DNA of 64,000 bases, taken from positions 14,756,001-14,820,000 of the forward strand of contig OZ004612.1 of assembly GCA_963924565.1 (NCBI GenBank), given 5' to 3'. Source of the stretch: Ascidiella aspersa. Taxonomy: Eukaryota. Under the pieces are notes generated by a model. The model searched no databases, was not told where the DNA came from, and saw only the letters and a program-made list of their open reading frames with translations. This document shows positions 38,908 to 52,433 of the stretch, in pieces. The position numbers and the translations under genes were made by a program. Numbering within the stretch: the stretch's first letter is position 1; each line of letters begins with the position of its first letter.

Positions 38908-39537
38908 CAGTGCTCCGCCACCTTTTATGACTTGCGGCACACCAACAGTGCTAAAACAATTCGGTGGTAAACGTACAATTATTATAATGAAATATATATT
39001 ACAATAATTTATCTTCTGATTTTGTGGTTTTTCAGACTTTTAAAAATTTCTTAAGCCCTGAATAAGTCCTGAATAATTGCATCCCTTGAAATACCGGATT
39101 AAGAACTTTGCGGGCAGCTTATTCGAAAAATTAAACCTGACATTTGTACTTTTTACTTTTTTACGTATTTTTTTTTGAAAATATATTGACAAAAATATTT
39201 TATTGGTTTCGAGCGTATGGTTAATCTCCCTTTCAACTTCGTTGTACATTTTGAAAACGATTGTGGTATGTTTATACTCCTGGTATAGCTGATTCAGTTA
39301 GGAACTTTTTTTGGAAAATTGATTTTCGGCGACAGAACGTAACATATAGGTTTATGCTATTTTAAATATTATTAAAAGTTCATGAAATTACACCTAGATT
39401 ATTGCATAAGGTCAAAATAGCCTACCTGTCTTGATAAGATATACATATTTTGCGTTAATTCGATTGATTAATAAACCCTTAAAAACTCAAGTAACACACC
39501 TCCGGGAACGTCACGGCACACCGGTTGTAGAGCACTG
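38908..39537. mobile_element. hAT-like MITE, family A copy
   Basis: Imperfect 15-bp TIRs cagtgctccgccacc / ggttgtagagcactg. Internally homologous (inverted) to 9150-9888. No clear TSD. Confidence 0.75.
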
Positions 39538-42275
39538 CTCTTATTTAAAATTTTTCAAATCTTCTTCGAATTTATAGAATTTTTAGCCCATTTCGAGGGA
39601 AAATTTGTATCCTAATGCACCTTTTAATATTTTCACCTTGTTTATCAGTACTGTGTGAATTAATAGTCAGATTTCTAAAATTTTAAGCTCTGCCAAATTA
39701 TCTGCTTGGTGTTTTTTTGTATTTGCGCCCTATACCAATTTTCAAAATATGGCCATTTCGTGAGTATAACCTCAAACTTCAAAATGGGTTAACGCAATAT
39801 AATATTTTTGCGTTTTGTGCGAGCTTTAAAGTCATTTTAGTGCACGCATTCAGCTGTGGGGTCAATAGTCCTAATACTTTGATGTCAAGTCTTCTTTTAA
39901 AGTAAACGATTTGCCTACTGCAAATCAATTAAACGCAATTTGTTTTTGTGTTCAGCGCACTTTTCTTAAGTTGCATTGTATGTTGCAACAGTTCGTTCAA
40001 GAGCAGGTTGCGTCTTAAGATTACTTGAATTGTGACGTCAGGTTATGTGGTAACTTCTGGCGTTTTCTTTTATTTTTATGCCCCCTCCCTAAACAAAACC
40101 TGGATCAACTATCAATGCAGCGATGTTTACTGTCTTATGTTTTCAAACTCTTGTTTTGACAAGCGTTGTTTGGAGTAGTTTTCTAAGGAAAAATAAATAG
40201 GCACAAACGAAGAACTATATAAGTTTCGATATGCGCTTGCAGCAATATCGCTGCACTTAAAAAGGTAACGTCAGATGCACGAAACAACTCTGGCAGGAAT
40301 GCAACCTTAACCCCGAGTTCCTAGGAACCTGCTCGTGCGTTAAAAAATTATCTTTCCCTCCCTGTACCTCGAATTCAAACTGTTGGCTGACACAGTGTAG
40401 CTACTTTAAAGTGCTCCAAAATGTAACATGTATCATGGTGAATGGGAATTGGGGATGGTAGCATGTATTTTCGTCGGGACGATTTTTAATTTGCATTAGG
40501 TTTTCATTAATAACCTACAGAATTTTAAGTAAGAAATCCTAATCCAACGTATAGCTAATAATGTTTTATGCGTCGAATACATTATTGTTTAATTCATAGA
40601 CGATTGGACGTCCCATCGGTGATAGTTTCCAAATGATTCATCAGAATAACATGGGTTTCACAAATATGACTTGTTGCTTTCGAAACTTAAATGTAGCACT
40701 GATTCAAATTCCTAAATATCCATTTCATTAATATTTTAAAACCGCTAACAAGTTTGTGATTTGTAATCAAAACGTTTCGTTTTGGATCTTTTGTTAATCA
40801 ATACTGCGCTTTAGTGGTGCGTTTATTGTTCATGTTACATTTTCTCTAGAGTTTTACTTTTGTTTTGTTCAAGTAGCCAAGCTGCAAATTGGGCAATTTC
40901 AAAATGGACAATTGATTGAGTGACATTTCCAAGCCCCCATTGCGTTTCCAATTGATCCAAACGATCAAAAGCACATCAAACTCAAATTACGGAGAAACGT
41001 TGCGGTTGTGTCGCTCGTGTCCTCATAAAACACTTCCTACTTAGTTCTGAATTTTATCGTTCAATGATTTTGTTGAAACGTGTATTTTCCACTTGCAATG
41101 GCCACTTTTATTTGGCTTCTATAATAGTAGATTATAATTTTGCAATACCTGAAAACCTGTGTTGGAATAAACTAAGAGGTTGTTGCCGCTGTCTAAACGT
41201 TCAAAACTTCTTTTAGCATTTTAAGTTGTTAAATTTACCACCATAGTCGCATAGGTTTGGGGTTTTTATGGAAATTAATCATCACGACTGTATAGGTAGA
41301 AAGAAGGGCCAGCGCAATATTACACACTTTAATCTCCGTATATGTAATTATTTTGCCTAACCATTGGAAAGACGTCAATGAGGTTAAAGCTTAGCGTTTA
41401 GAAAGCAAACTCCTGTAGTTGTTAAATTGGTGGTGCTCTACAATATTGTGCAACGTGTTGTAACGAACATACTGGCATGGGTTATGGTTTTGGTATGGAA
41501 AGTGACACCACCTGCCTCAATGTTCACCGAAAACATAGTGACATTTTCTGCTGTCCTGGCGCTTTTGTTTCAACCATTAGATGCCTAGGCACATGAAGTT
41601 CGTATTTAATGTACTTGTAAAAGTGATCGCCAAATGCTGTGCGCTACAATGTTGTTAAACTGCATCATTTAACCCGGCTATTCTAACTGTAATCTGCAAC
41701 GGAAATTACTTAGCTAACTCACTTGGCTGTTGGATGACGTAGATCGGTTTTCTTTGGGCAGGACTGGCTTTTATGCACCACTGGCAAGGTGCACCAGATT
41801 TTTAAATCTAAAATCTTGAAGTTTAGAAATGCTTACATCTGCCGTTCTTAAACTTCAGGGGGTGCCCCTTGACTTGATTAATCCAAACTCGCTCTACAAC
41901 ACTTTACTGTGTATAGTAACTAATCTCCCATATATCGAAAATTAAAAGTAATATCACTGAGCGAAATAGATTAAGTGATTGGAATAAAATAGTGTTGTTA
42001 GTCACGTCTAAATTCGTGTTAGCAAATCTGAATATTAAAGAAATGAAAAGAAAGTCTTTTTGAGATTTCTCTTAACCCTTTACGGGCGCCCGGAGTTTAA
42101 GAATCCCTGGTATAATAATTCCCTTACTATGTTGTAAAGAACCATTATTGCCTTTGTTTTATTGTTTTTTGCTTATCTTTGTATAACAACTACATAACAT
42201 TTTTAGTGATTTAAAATTTGCTGATCAGAAGCACTGAAGCAATCACAGCACAACGGTCATATACCAGTGGGAAAA

Positions 42276-45200
42276 ATGTACGCATCATTGCTTTTGACGT
42301 TGTTGTTAGCTGGCACATCTATACCACTGTGTGAATGTAAAGGTACGTATAGTTTGAAAGGTAACTTTTAGTAATCCAAGAATATGGGTACGGTTGATCG
42401 ATTCCATGCAAAAACAGCAATATTATATGGAGGTTGGTTAGTAAACTTATACAACCATCAATGTTCCGTAAAGTTTTGCTGCATAATATTGACTGTTGCG
42501 ATTTAGGTGTTTAACAAACACGGCGCGGTATGGATATTTAGATTTCTATGCTTAATGTGTACCGATTGGATCCGTGATCCAATGTCCGAGATATTGTTTG
42601 CTTTACTTAAAGGCTATAGGTACATCCGCTTTGCACGATTCTTTTCTTATAAGATTAAACATTTAGGTGACTTTGGCGTATATAATAAGTCCACCCCAAA
42701 AGGCTAGTTCTTAAACGCCAGTGTTCAAAGTGGGCATGTTTTTTTCTGCCATGCGTTCGCTATATCACGGCGTTTTGAATATATATGAACTATAAGCGAC
42801 ATGATTTGTTCGTTTTCGTATTTAGCTGGTTACTTTTCAATACCTCGACAACACAGCCTAGCGGCGATTTTGTTCGATGCAGCAGCAACACTGTCAAATA
42901 AATTTAGTATAGCTGCGTTGTTACGCCCTTAGTTTATAAAAGTATGTACTATCTATACAACTCCCTAAGACTAAGTTTATCGGATAGGTCAATAACAGCA
43001 ACTTTACGTGCTATTGTTTTTTTTTTCGTTTTGGAATTTGCCCAATTCAATGCAGTCTGATTGTTATATCTAAGACACCAAGCAAACTAATAGAGTCGTT
43101 GATCGCGGCTTTTGTTGCAGATTATTTTATCGTGGCGACAAACCTTACTGTTACGTCACGCGATCTTATCCAGACTCTACATTGGGACACGTCGCTTCCC
43201 AAAGAAGAATGGAACTTCACAGTGTTTCAATCGTAGGAGAAAAATATTTACGGAGAAAAGTTTATTTAATGTTGGCTGTTATTTCAGTTACAGAATAAAC
43301 TCACCTCTGAAGTCTAAATATTAGAAAAAATAATGATGTTTTCAGAGCATAATGTTTGAAGGTTGTAGTAAGACGTAATAAGAAAATCAAAGCCCATACA
43401 GAAGTATTATTTTGAACGTTTCGAATAACTCTTTATTCATTTTCAGCATCATGTCTTTGTTATGTTTGCCATATTCCAGCTTATTTATCATTAACATCGC
43501 CACAGGGATAATTACTTTTCACCAAACTGGACTGCAACAAGGGAATGCACGGGAATAGCGGCGACGCAATGTACGTTTCATCAGCGTTTCGAAGCCAGCG
43601 ACGTCTTGCATTTTCACGTGGCGCGTGTTGGAGACACACCTGTTCAATCAAATGATGAGTATTCGTTCAACCAGGACAACGTCACCGTGTTTCAAATCAT
43701 TTATCAAATCGACGGTGTGTGCTTATATCATTATCTATTTGATAATTACAACAAACAAACTATTTTGCGAAAAGTAATTTCAATTTGAAGCGCTGCAAAA
43801 CCGAAATCGAACCATTGATTAACTCACAGATTACCAAGAAACGAGCGAAGGCGGGATTTTCACGTTTTCTTCGCCGAAATTTAGCGTCAAGCGAACTGAC
43901 GGTCTTCTCCAGCTCGGCTTTCGTCCCGTCCGGGCGCCCTGGTGGAACGGAACCACACTGGCAGAGCGGGTTGAGCAAGAACTCATCCACGATTTCAACT
44001 ACCGAATCCTGTACTATGGCTGCGACAGCTCCGAAATGGAAAGGGGCGAGTGCCCTGGCAATACAACCCGGGTAAGATTGGTGAGCATTATGCCTCAAAT
44101 AAAATAACAAAACTGGGTATAATTCGCATTACCGACACCATATGTTGCAAATTTTACCGACGCAGTACGGTGGGTTGGAACCCATGATCGACTAGCGTGT
44201 CCTTACAGCGATTTGTTGTTGCATATTATTTTACTTTTATAATCAAAAACACGGCTAAAAAAACTTTTACCGACGCAGTACGGTGGGTTGGAACCCATGA
44301 TCGACTAGCGTGTCCTTACAGCGATTTGTTGTTGCATATTATTTTACTTTTATAATCAAAAACACGGCTAAAAAAACATCTACAGCTTCCAAACTGTTAA
44401 GATTGCAGTGAAATATGTTACGTTAAATTTGATGGGTAAAATGGTTGCGAGACAATACGTTGGACTAAAATATGAACGGTATCATTCTTCCTTTGTAACT
44501 ATATTTACACACCTTTATACAATTTAAACCTATTAAAGCGTGAAACCGCAAAGCGCTAAAGCAACCTGAGATAAATATTATGCGTGAAACATGTTTTGCA
44601 GAAGGAATCTCGGGTGATTGCGGCGACGAGTTTAAACTATTCGCTCCACTCAACCGAACCGAATGTCGAGTATCTGTGCGTCGAGGTGCAGCGAGAGATG
44701 GATGACGCTTTCCAGAAGATAAGCAGCAAATTTACAAAGGTAGCTTTATGATTTAACAGCGATTTTCGCACAACAATGAACTATTGTTGCTGAATTCAAT
44801 CAGCCATTCAAACATAATAAAAGCTTCATTTTTATAATTTTTTTTATTTTTAGTTTTTGGTTTGTCATTCATAAATTTTGTATTCCAACACTTAAACTTT
44901 GTGTTTTAATTGGCAACAAAAATGTCTTACACGCCTTTCTGGCAATTCCGTGATTGTATATGCCAGGGATGTGTATTTTTTTAACTAGGCGGGCCACATA
45001 TGCCTGTAAAACGTAGATCAAGAGCCAAATGCATTTCTCCTCGAACAAATGTACTATAACTGAAACGCTGGACACTAAAGAGCATTCTGTTAGCTACAAC
45101 ATATTAATCAAAATTAGTACTGCTATTCCTCAATTCGACAAAGCTTGATAAACTGTATGTGTGATGAACCTGTCTTATTTAATGGGTCAAAAAACAACTA

Positions 45201-48200
45201 GTTAAGAGTATTCGTTTGGCTGGTCGAAGACTCAAACCTGTCAGGTGACACATATATTTTCGCTCTGCTGGCCGCAGGTTGCTCACTGTTGCGTAAATAA
45301 GCGAATTTAACATCCAATAACACCTGGGGAGTGATAAGGTTTAGTATATTACATTATGTTTCGGATCCACAAAGTTCATGTGCTCACACTGTCTTACTTG
45401 TAAAAAAAAAAATAACCTCCATTATACAAGCAGTGTTTTAATATCAATATAAAAATCGCTTAGTGAAATATGGCGCTCAAATATTAAACTGTAAATTTAT
45501 GCAAAATATGTTTGATATATGTGACATTCGTTTGGTGATGTAATCATGTAAATCAGTGGTCGGCAAACTATGGGCCGCGGCCCGAATGTGGGCTGCAGAG
45601 CAATTTTTAGTGGGCCGCGAGTTACTTTTGAATAGCTTAGCGTTATCACGTAGTTGTGGGCCGCGCGATAGCCCTACATTCATTGCACTGAATTTGAAAA
45701 GTTGGTGTGGCTAGAATTTATATATTGTCTCAGCGTGGTTCAGACGCACGTCCCAAATGTGGTCGTGAGAGCCCGTCGAACTATATTTTCGGCCAACTTT
45801 AATTATATGTAAACGTAAAATTTTTCGCGCATCGCGCGTATATTCTTGGTTTTATAGTATGTTTTACATTATGGCATGGCAGTGTTTTGGGCATCAAGGC
45901 ACCGTGTATTATTTCATTTTAAAAACAAATATCCTGCATCCGCCACTGTTTTCGTTGTGGTTAAACGTGGTGGGCCTTCAATAGCTTCGAAACGAGTGCT
46001 TTGGGCCACCACAAAAAAGTTTACCGACCACTGATGTAAATGGACGTCTATATAGCGCGTTAAAGTTGTTTGTTATGTTACAATTATAAAATGTATTCAG
46101 ATAAGTTGCAGACCAATAACTGTAAGAAATTAAAAAATACATTAGATGAATATTTTGAGGTAAAAAAGTACAATATATGGAGTTAGCCTCTCATATTTTT
46201 GGATAGCACCATTTAAAATTTCTGGTTTAAGGTCGATTCATAATAAAAAAAAATTCTACATTGTCTTCAGTCTCAACCGCTTCAGAAAAATACTAATCTT
46301 AAAAAATTCTCGATCGAACCAGTGTTAAAATAAGTATTTGAGTTCGTACGGCGAAACATACAATATATTTACATATAGCGTAAACGACATGTTTGGGCTG
46401 ACTTTCGCGTTTAAAAACTCGCGTTTATAAAATAAAAATTTGGCAAAAAACATAGCTTGGGGGAAATAGCCTAGTGCCCCACTCTGAGGAGAAAGAATTA
46501 AGTGATTGGAGTAAACAGTGTCGGTCACAGTAAAATGTAGTTTTAAAAAATATATTGGTGTTTTCAAAAATTGATACTAAATATACATTAAAAAGTTTTT
46601 TTAAAAAGTTTTTTTAATGTGTCCTTCGTGCACACTTTACGCTCCGGAGTTTGAGAACCCCTAAACTACGTTTGTTGCAAAACCATTCACAGAGGCTTCT
46701 TCAACCAGATAAAATATACAGTAAATTTATTTTCTGCTTAATGATTTGTAAAGGGGTAAAGTTGGAGTGTATGACAAATGTCAACGCACAATTTTTAACG
46801 TACTCAACTTTTTATATATGGCACACAAGGTATCAGGTGGTAACAGTATAACGACTAAATAACATTAAAGCGAAATGGTAAGTTTGGTTGGATCAAGTTT
46901 GGATAGTATTGCCATTTTGTCGGATTATAAACCTTTCTCGTTAAAAGTTGACATTAAATGTCGGACATCTTTAGGGATACAATTGTAGGAAATGTATTGG
47001 TTATAGTGTGAAATGTGCAATATTTTGTTTTAAAAACATTATTATGGCTAAAAACGAGGCATGCCTTGCATTTTTGGAATAAATTTAGGATTTTAAACTA
47101 TTTTATCTTACTATTGAAGTAAATCTATAATAATTCCTTTTAGAGACACTTCAATACATTAATCATTGCGTTTATGATGGTTTATTAACAAAAAATAATG
47201 ATAGATAACGCGAAATGTACATTATCCAATTCCTCAGCAGACATTCACTCTTCAGGAATTGTGTCCAATCTGAAATAATATATTGCCTAGAAACAAACTG
47301 AAAGTTAATATTGTTGTTGTGCTTACTAGGTGACATTAACTCTTTCCCGTTTTACAGCACTGTGTTCAAAAGAAGCCGCAGATTGTAAAATTCGTGTAAG
47401 TTTTCCCTTTATACTATTTTCTTACGGTTTATTATACTTAAAGTTACACAATATATAACATAATTGGCAACAAAATTAATGTGTGAAAAATTTTTAGATT
47501 GTTTTACTAGGTTGCCTATACATTACAGTACCTGCTGTAGCAATTGCCATTGGTCGACAATAAGGCTTGATATCTCTAGCTGAGCTTTGTCGATTTGTTC
47601 ACGCGCTGTCGTTTTCAAGAACAGTATGAGTATCAAAATCCACTCTAATAATACTGAATTTGAAAACAACAGCACGTGAGGTAGTGTCATCTAATTTTTA
47701 CAGCTTGTTCTCTTTCTTGTGTTTAAAATTGAAACTTTTACGGAAACATATAACAATTCCATGCTAGATCTCATGTTTAGTTATATTTTTTAACGTTAAT
47801 TTTTGCCCTATGAAGCGATTTTAATAAATTGCCTTACTTCATCGGCCAACAGACTCACGACAACTGACAGGCTAAACCAACTCCTGTGCACTTTAAACGC
47901 GGCACTGGGCTCGTGCTGCCTTAAATCAGGCAACATACGCCGAATACGTTTCGCTATACCGTGAAGCATTTGTCCTTTGTACTCCGTGAAACGAGGCGGA
48001 AAAGAAGAATTGAGGTCGCCGAATTTCGCAAAATTTTGACGGAAGTCCTTCCTGCTTTCAGTCTCGTATGGCACGTGGTTACGCTCTAAACTCGTTTTGT
48101 AGTATGCGGTCTATTTTCTTAACTGTAACTCTATGTGCCCGAGGTAATTTACGATTGTAGACAAGTGCTAAGCAAAATAAATAATTGGTGAACATTGCCG

Positions 48201-50223
48201 TATTAAACGCTAAATTTTAGAAGACCACTACTGTCGACCGTATTGGATTCGCCATGGTGGTACACATATTTACACCGATACTAATTAGCTTGTTTCTCAT
48301 AGTGTTTACTACGTATATAGAAAATTTATGATACAGTTTGCGGGTTTGGGTATCCAAAACAGTTTATTCGGTAAAGTTTCTGTAAAAGGGAGGTATCAGA
48401 ACGACATATTTAAGATTAGTTAAACTGACGAAGAGCAATGGTGGTGTTTTGAATAAAATATTTGCCAAACTTTTAAACTTTATATACCTATTTTAAACTT
48501 GCATTATCGGAATGAGGTTCTAATAATGCAATTAATATACATATGTTCTTTTCGTTTAAATTACGAACAACTCTTTTCGACCATGAGCATAGAAATTCTT
48601 TTGTCGTTTCTGTTTGACGAACCTTTAAACTTGCCAAAACTGATGCTAGGCAAGCATTTTTTTAACACACACACACATATATATATATATTTGGTCATAA
48701 CAGGCCTATAATTTTAAAAGTAGTCTATAACAAGCGTGATACGTACACCGTTTTATGGTAGACACTGGAATTTTATTTGCAATTTATACTCAAAAGTATA
48801 TTTACATCATTCAGTAATCGAAAAGACGATATGTTGAACTGTCATAGAATAACCGATTAACCTAGTAAATTTGTATAGCTGTTATTGTTTTGTATTTTAA
48901 TCTAAAATCGCAAAACTATGCTCTTTGGTGTCAATGCAAAATACGAATATGAATGGTCTTGTAATATGTTGCCACAGCTTTTAAATAAGGTACAGGTTTG
49001 TTTTTCAGGCCGTACATCGCAATTCTGTGCGTTTTCTCGTTGGGATTTGTGGTCGCAGTCACCGTATACTGTCACATACACGGAAAGCACATCCTTTACA
49101 GCGCCTTAAAACTACGAAGCATTGAAATACCGAATTCTGTGGTAAGTAATTTGCAATGATGCGCCAATAAGGTTCTTGCATCGTATCGTTTGGTATTACA
49201 ACCCAACCTTTTAAAATACGTATGTCTATACGTGAAAGGTACATCATTAATATATAGAAACGGACCAGCGCTACCGAGACGGGTAGATTTTAGCTATATT
49301 TTAGTCATTTAGTTCTGTAGGGGCATAAGGCAATAAAAAACGGTCCAATACTTAATATATTTCTCTCATCTCGCTGGTAAACAGAAAACGTTTGAACAAA
49401 AATCCCGCATATCATTTTTAAGAAAAGCTGCGGATGATGATATTTCTTTGACCGGGAATTTCAACGAAAATTGGTTACGATAAAGAACTCTTAATAAAAT
49501 GTATTTTGACTATCGGCATAGTGACTACCATTCGTAACTATTATAAAAATATAAAATCCCAACCTGCTAATACTTGTTTTGTGTTATGAGTTTTTCATGA
49601 AATTAATATTCTGACTGTGGTTTAACGCCGAGCAAATGTAACATATGCGAGAGCTAATCCTTTTCCCACATATTGACTCGCCCTTCAACATTTACCAGGA
49701 CCAAGTGCTCCAGGCGAGTCCCTCAATCAGCTATCATCAAACGCGTTTAACTGACATTAACGAGAAAGAAATCGTCGATCCGTTACCGATCCGGGATGGA
49801 TCCTTCTCGCGTCTTCTTTCGGTTAGCTCCTCGGCGGACCACGAGTGGAGAGCTTGGAAGGTAGACGAGAACGTTGACGAAGAAGAAGATATTCCGCCAT
49901 ATTCCGATATGCTCGTTCTCGGGAAGAGCCCTTCATCGAAGGACAACATCGAATACACCGAAGTGCTGCGTTCCGAAATGGATGACGGGTCATCAAGCGT
50001 TGGCTACATGACTTTGGCCCAGCGTCTGTCGGCCGAAATCAGCCCGAGCCTGAACGCGTGCGGCACCGGTTTGGCAGGGCCTCGCGCTTTTCGCGATTGC
50101 AATCTTGACGACAAGGTTGAATTTGTCCAACATGAACAGCACGTTTGCAACGAGGACTGCGGCTACGCTTCCAAGGACGCGACGCACATCTTCTGCCCTC
50201 GCAACGTCGCTAGGTTCGTTTAG
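42276..50223 (+). CDS. Class II helical cytokine receptor (interferon/IL-10 receptor/tissue factor family), ~487 aa, 8 coding exons
   Basis: Exons: 42276-42342 (signal peptide MYASLLLTLLLAGTSIPLCEC); 43121-43232 (ATNLTVTSRDLIQTLHWD...NFTVFQ); 43506-43714 (WTATRECTGIAATQCTF...HVARVG); 43830-44071 (FSSPKFSV...LQLGF...DFNYRILYY); 44602-44739 (EPNVEYLCVEVQ); 47358-47395 (HCVQ); 49009-49141 (TM YIAILCVFSLGFVVAVTVY, Box1-like IPNSV); 49699-50223 (Tyr-motif tail). Total 1464 nt, open frame. Intron phases 1-2-1-0 across the two FN3 subdomains match the D200 pattern. No in-frame WSXWS. Confidence 0.82.
44152..44377. repeat. Perfect tandem duplication, 2 x 113 bp, in the receptor intron
   Basis: ttttaccgacgcagtacggtggg...cacggctaaaaaaac at 44152-44264 and 44265-44377, identical. 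Confidence 0.9.
45554..46033. mobile_element. hAT-family MITE
   Basis: TIR cagtggtcggcaaact / agtttaccgaccactg (15/16). Perfect 8-bp TSD atgtaaat at 45546-45553 and 46034-46041. Confidence 0.92.
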
Positions 50224-52433
50224 GAATTCTCGTCTAGATATAGGTTGCCTACCAAGAAACTGATCTATGTTTGCATGGTAGGTATAGCCTATTCAAAATC
50301 CCACGCTTAGCATCACAAGGGCAGGCAAATTAAACAAATTAACGTAGCGTGACCTTGACTTAAGTCAACTGTAAAACGACACAATTTTTTTTTTAATAAT
50401 ATGGGAATACCCGCGAACAGTAAAATATACACAACTTGAACTATTCATAAAGGCCGTTAATTTCCTGATTAAAATTTTTTAGAGACTAAAAAAATCTTGC
50501 GTTTCGCTGCACATAAATAATATCGTTGATTACAGTTAGTTATCAAAACTATATATGTGTACGTTTTTAAGGCGTTAACTTGGTGAATGACCAAAAGTGG
50601 CAAGCCCATGCAAAGTGGCAAGTATTAACCTTTTATATTATTATTTTGCTACACGCTTGCTGTTAAGTCTTTATAATGCTCTATCAATGTTACATAAAAC
50701 ATACGCTTGTACAGTTCAGTAACAGAAAAAAATGATTCGTGATTTTTGCGCTTGTAAGTGTTTTGCTAATAATATTATTTTACATGTGGCTTGGCTGCTT
50801 TTGTTTTTAGCCCTGTTTACAACAAGTTCTTGCGATGCTGAGTCAAAGCAGTCTACAGTTGATCTGGCCGTACGTTAAATATACTGTTGGGCACCAGGCT
50901 ATGTCACCAACTTTACTTTTCGCCATTATGTCGCGTCCACATCTTCGTTTTTCTCAGTTATTCAATCTATTTAGAGGACATATTAAGGTCCCTTTGTATT
51001 AGCTCAATATCCCTGTGCATACCCCGTGGGTATGTTGATGGAAAACGACCTTATGCAATTTACAATTTGTTAAATGATTGACAAACTTTAACGTGTTCCC
51101 ATTTTTTAAATGCTGCCTGTTTTTGAGTGTATTATTTTACAACCTATATTCTTTTTAAACCCGTTTTCCGAAATATTCAACGTTATATTTATTTTGAAAT
51201 ATTTTCAGTAAACATAACCTATATACTTAAGTGCAAGACTGTTTTTACCTTCGAGTTTTTTACGATGATAGGCCGATATTAGTTTTACTTTTATGCTTTA
51301 TTAAAGTGTTTTGGGTTTGAATTGAGAAATTTCGTCGCCATATTGGATTTAATACTGTTTAATGTGTCTATATTTTTAAGGGTCCTGCTGATAATAAAAC
51401 TGCCGTCTATCAAATCTAGATTGCTTTAAATGTTTCTGCGTGATAATAAATCCTTATTATTATTGAATAGTAATAGGTTTAAAAATATCGATTACGTTGT
51501 ACCTAATCCAGCATTTTATTATTGAAAAGCTAACGATTATCAAATATATCTCGACGATAAACTTTAAAAGAAATTGTGTTTTCCGGCGTTTCGTGCTCTG
51601 GTCCGGCCCAAAACACATTTGGTCAAAAGTGTACTAATTTTGCGGGATGTAACGTGGTGAGTTTTATGTTTAAATAGACAAAATTATTAGAAGTTTGAGT
51701 TAATGTGGCAACCTACTGGTAGTGATTTGACTCATGCGAATTGTTTAGAATGGTAGTTTAGATTACAACCGGACATCGCTTTGACTTAATATCATACTGA
51801 AATCAGTAACTGAGACGTATACTACAATTGAGAAAACGTCATGCGCATACCACAACATTTCAGGATTTCTCAGTTTAAAGGCTCAATTAAAGTAATAATG
51901 TTTGGTTAAAATATGGACATTTTACAAAATACAGTAATCAGCTTGTGATTATAAATTATGGCGTCAGTTTGTACAAACAAATAACATCTCAAAATCCACC
52001 TCTCACTCAAAGACCAAGCAGAGTGTAGGTCGCCGAAACATCTGCAAATATCCCTTTTAAAAGCTCAGCTTTTAAAATGAATAAACCGGTTTACTTACAA
52101 ATAGTGTATGAAACAGTAATTAAAACATAAAGTAAAAATTGTTCTCTCGGCAAAAAAAAAATGCTAGGTCTTATTTTGGTCAATTTAACACGTCTTCCAA
52201 GAAACCACTGTAATTGGACGTCAAAAAAAAAATCCGATTGCGGTTTGTATGAAGCAGAACTCAATCAAGGATTAATCGTAGGCCTACTATAGTTAAATCC
52301 ATTCTTTGTAGCAACTTGGCCAAGAGTAAATTCATACGTTTATCGTTGTCAAATTTAATGGTATTGTAAATATGGACGCGGTTATTAGGTAAGTATTAAA
52401 ATAATAGAAAAAAAAAAATGAAAAAATCAATAT

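Noticed and set aside
48918-49109. ORF containing WDLWS, resembling the class I WSXWS motif
   Set aside because: Wrong frame. The splice-compatible frame of 49009-49141 encodes the TM helix and Box1.
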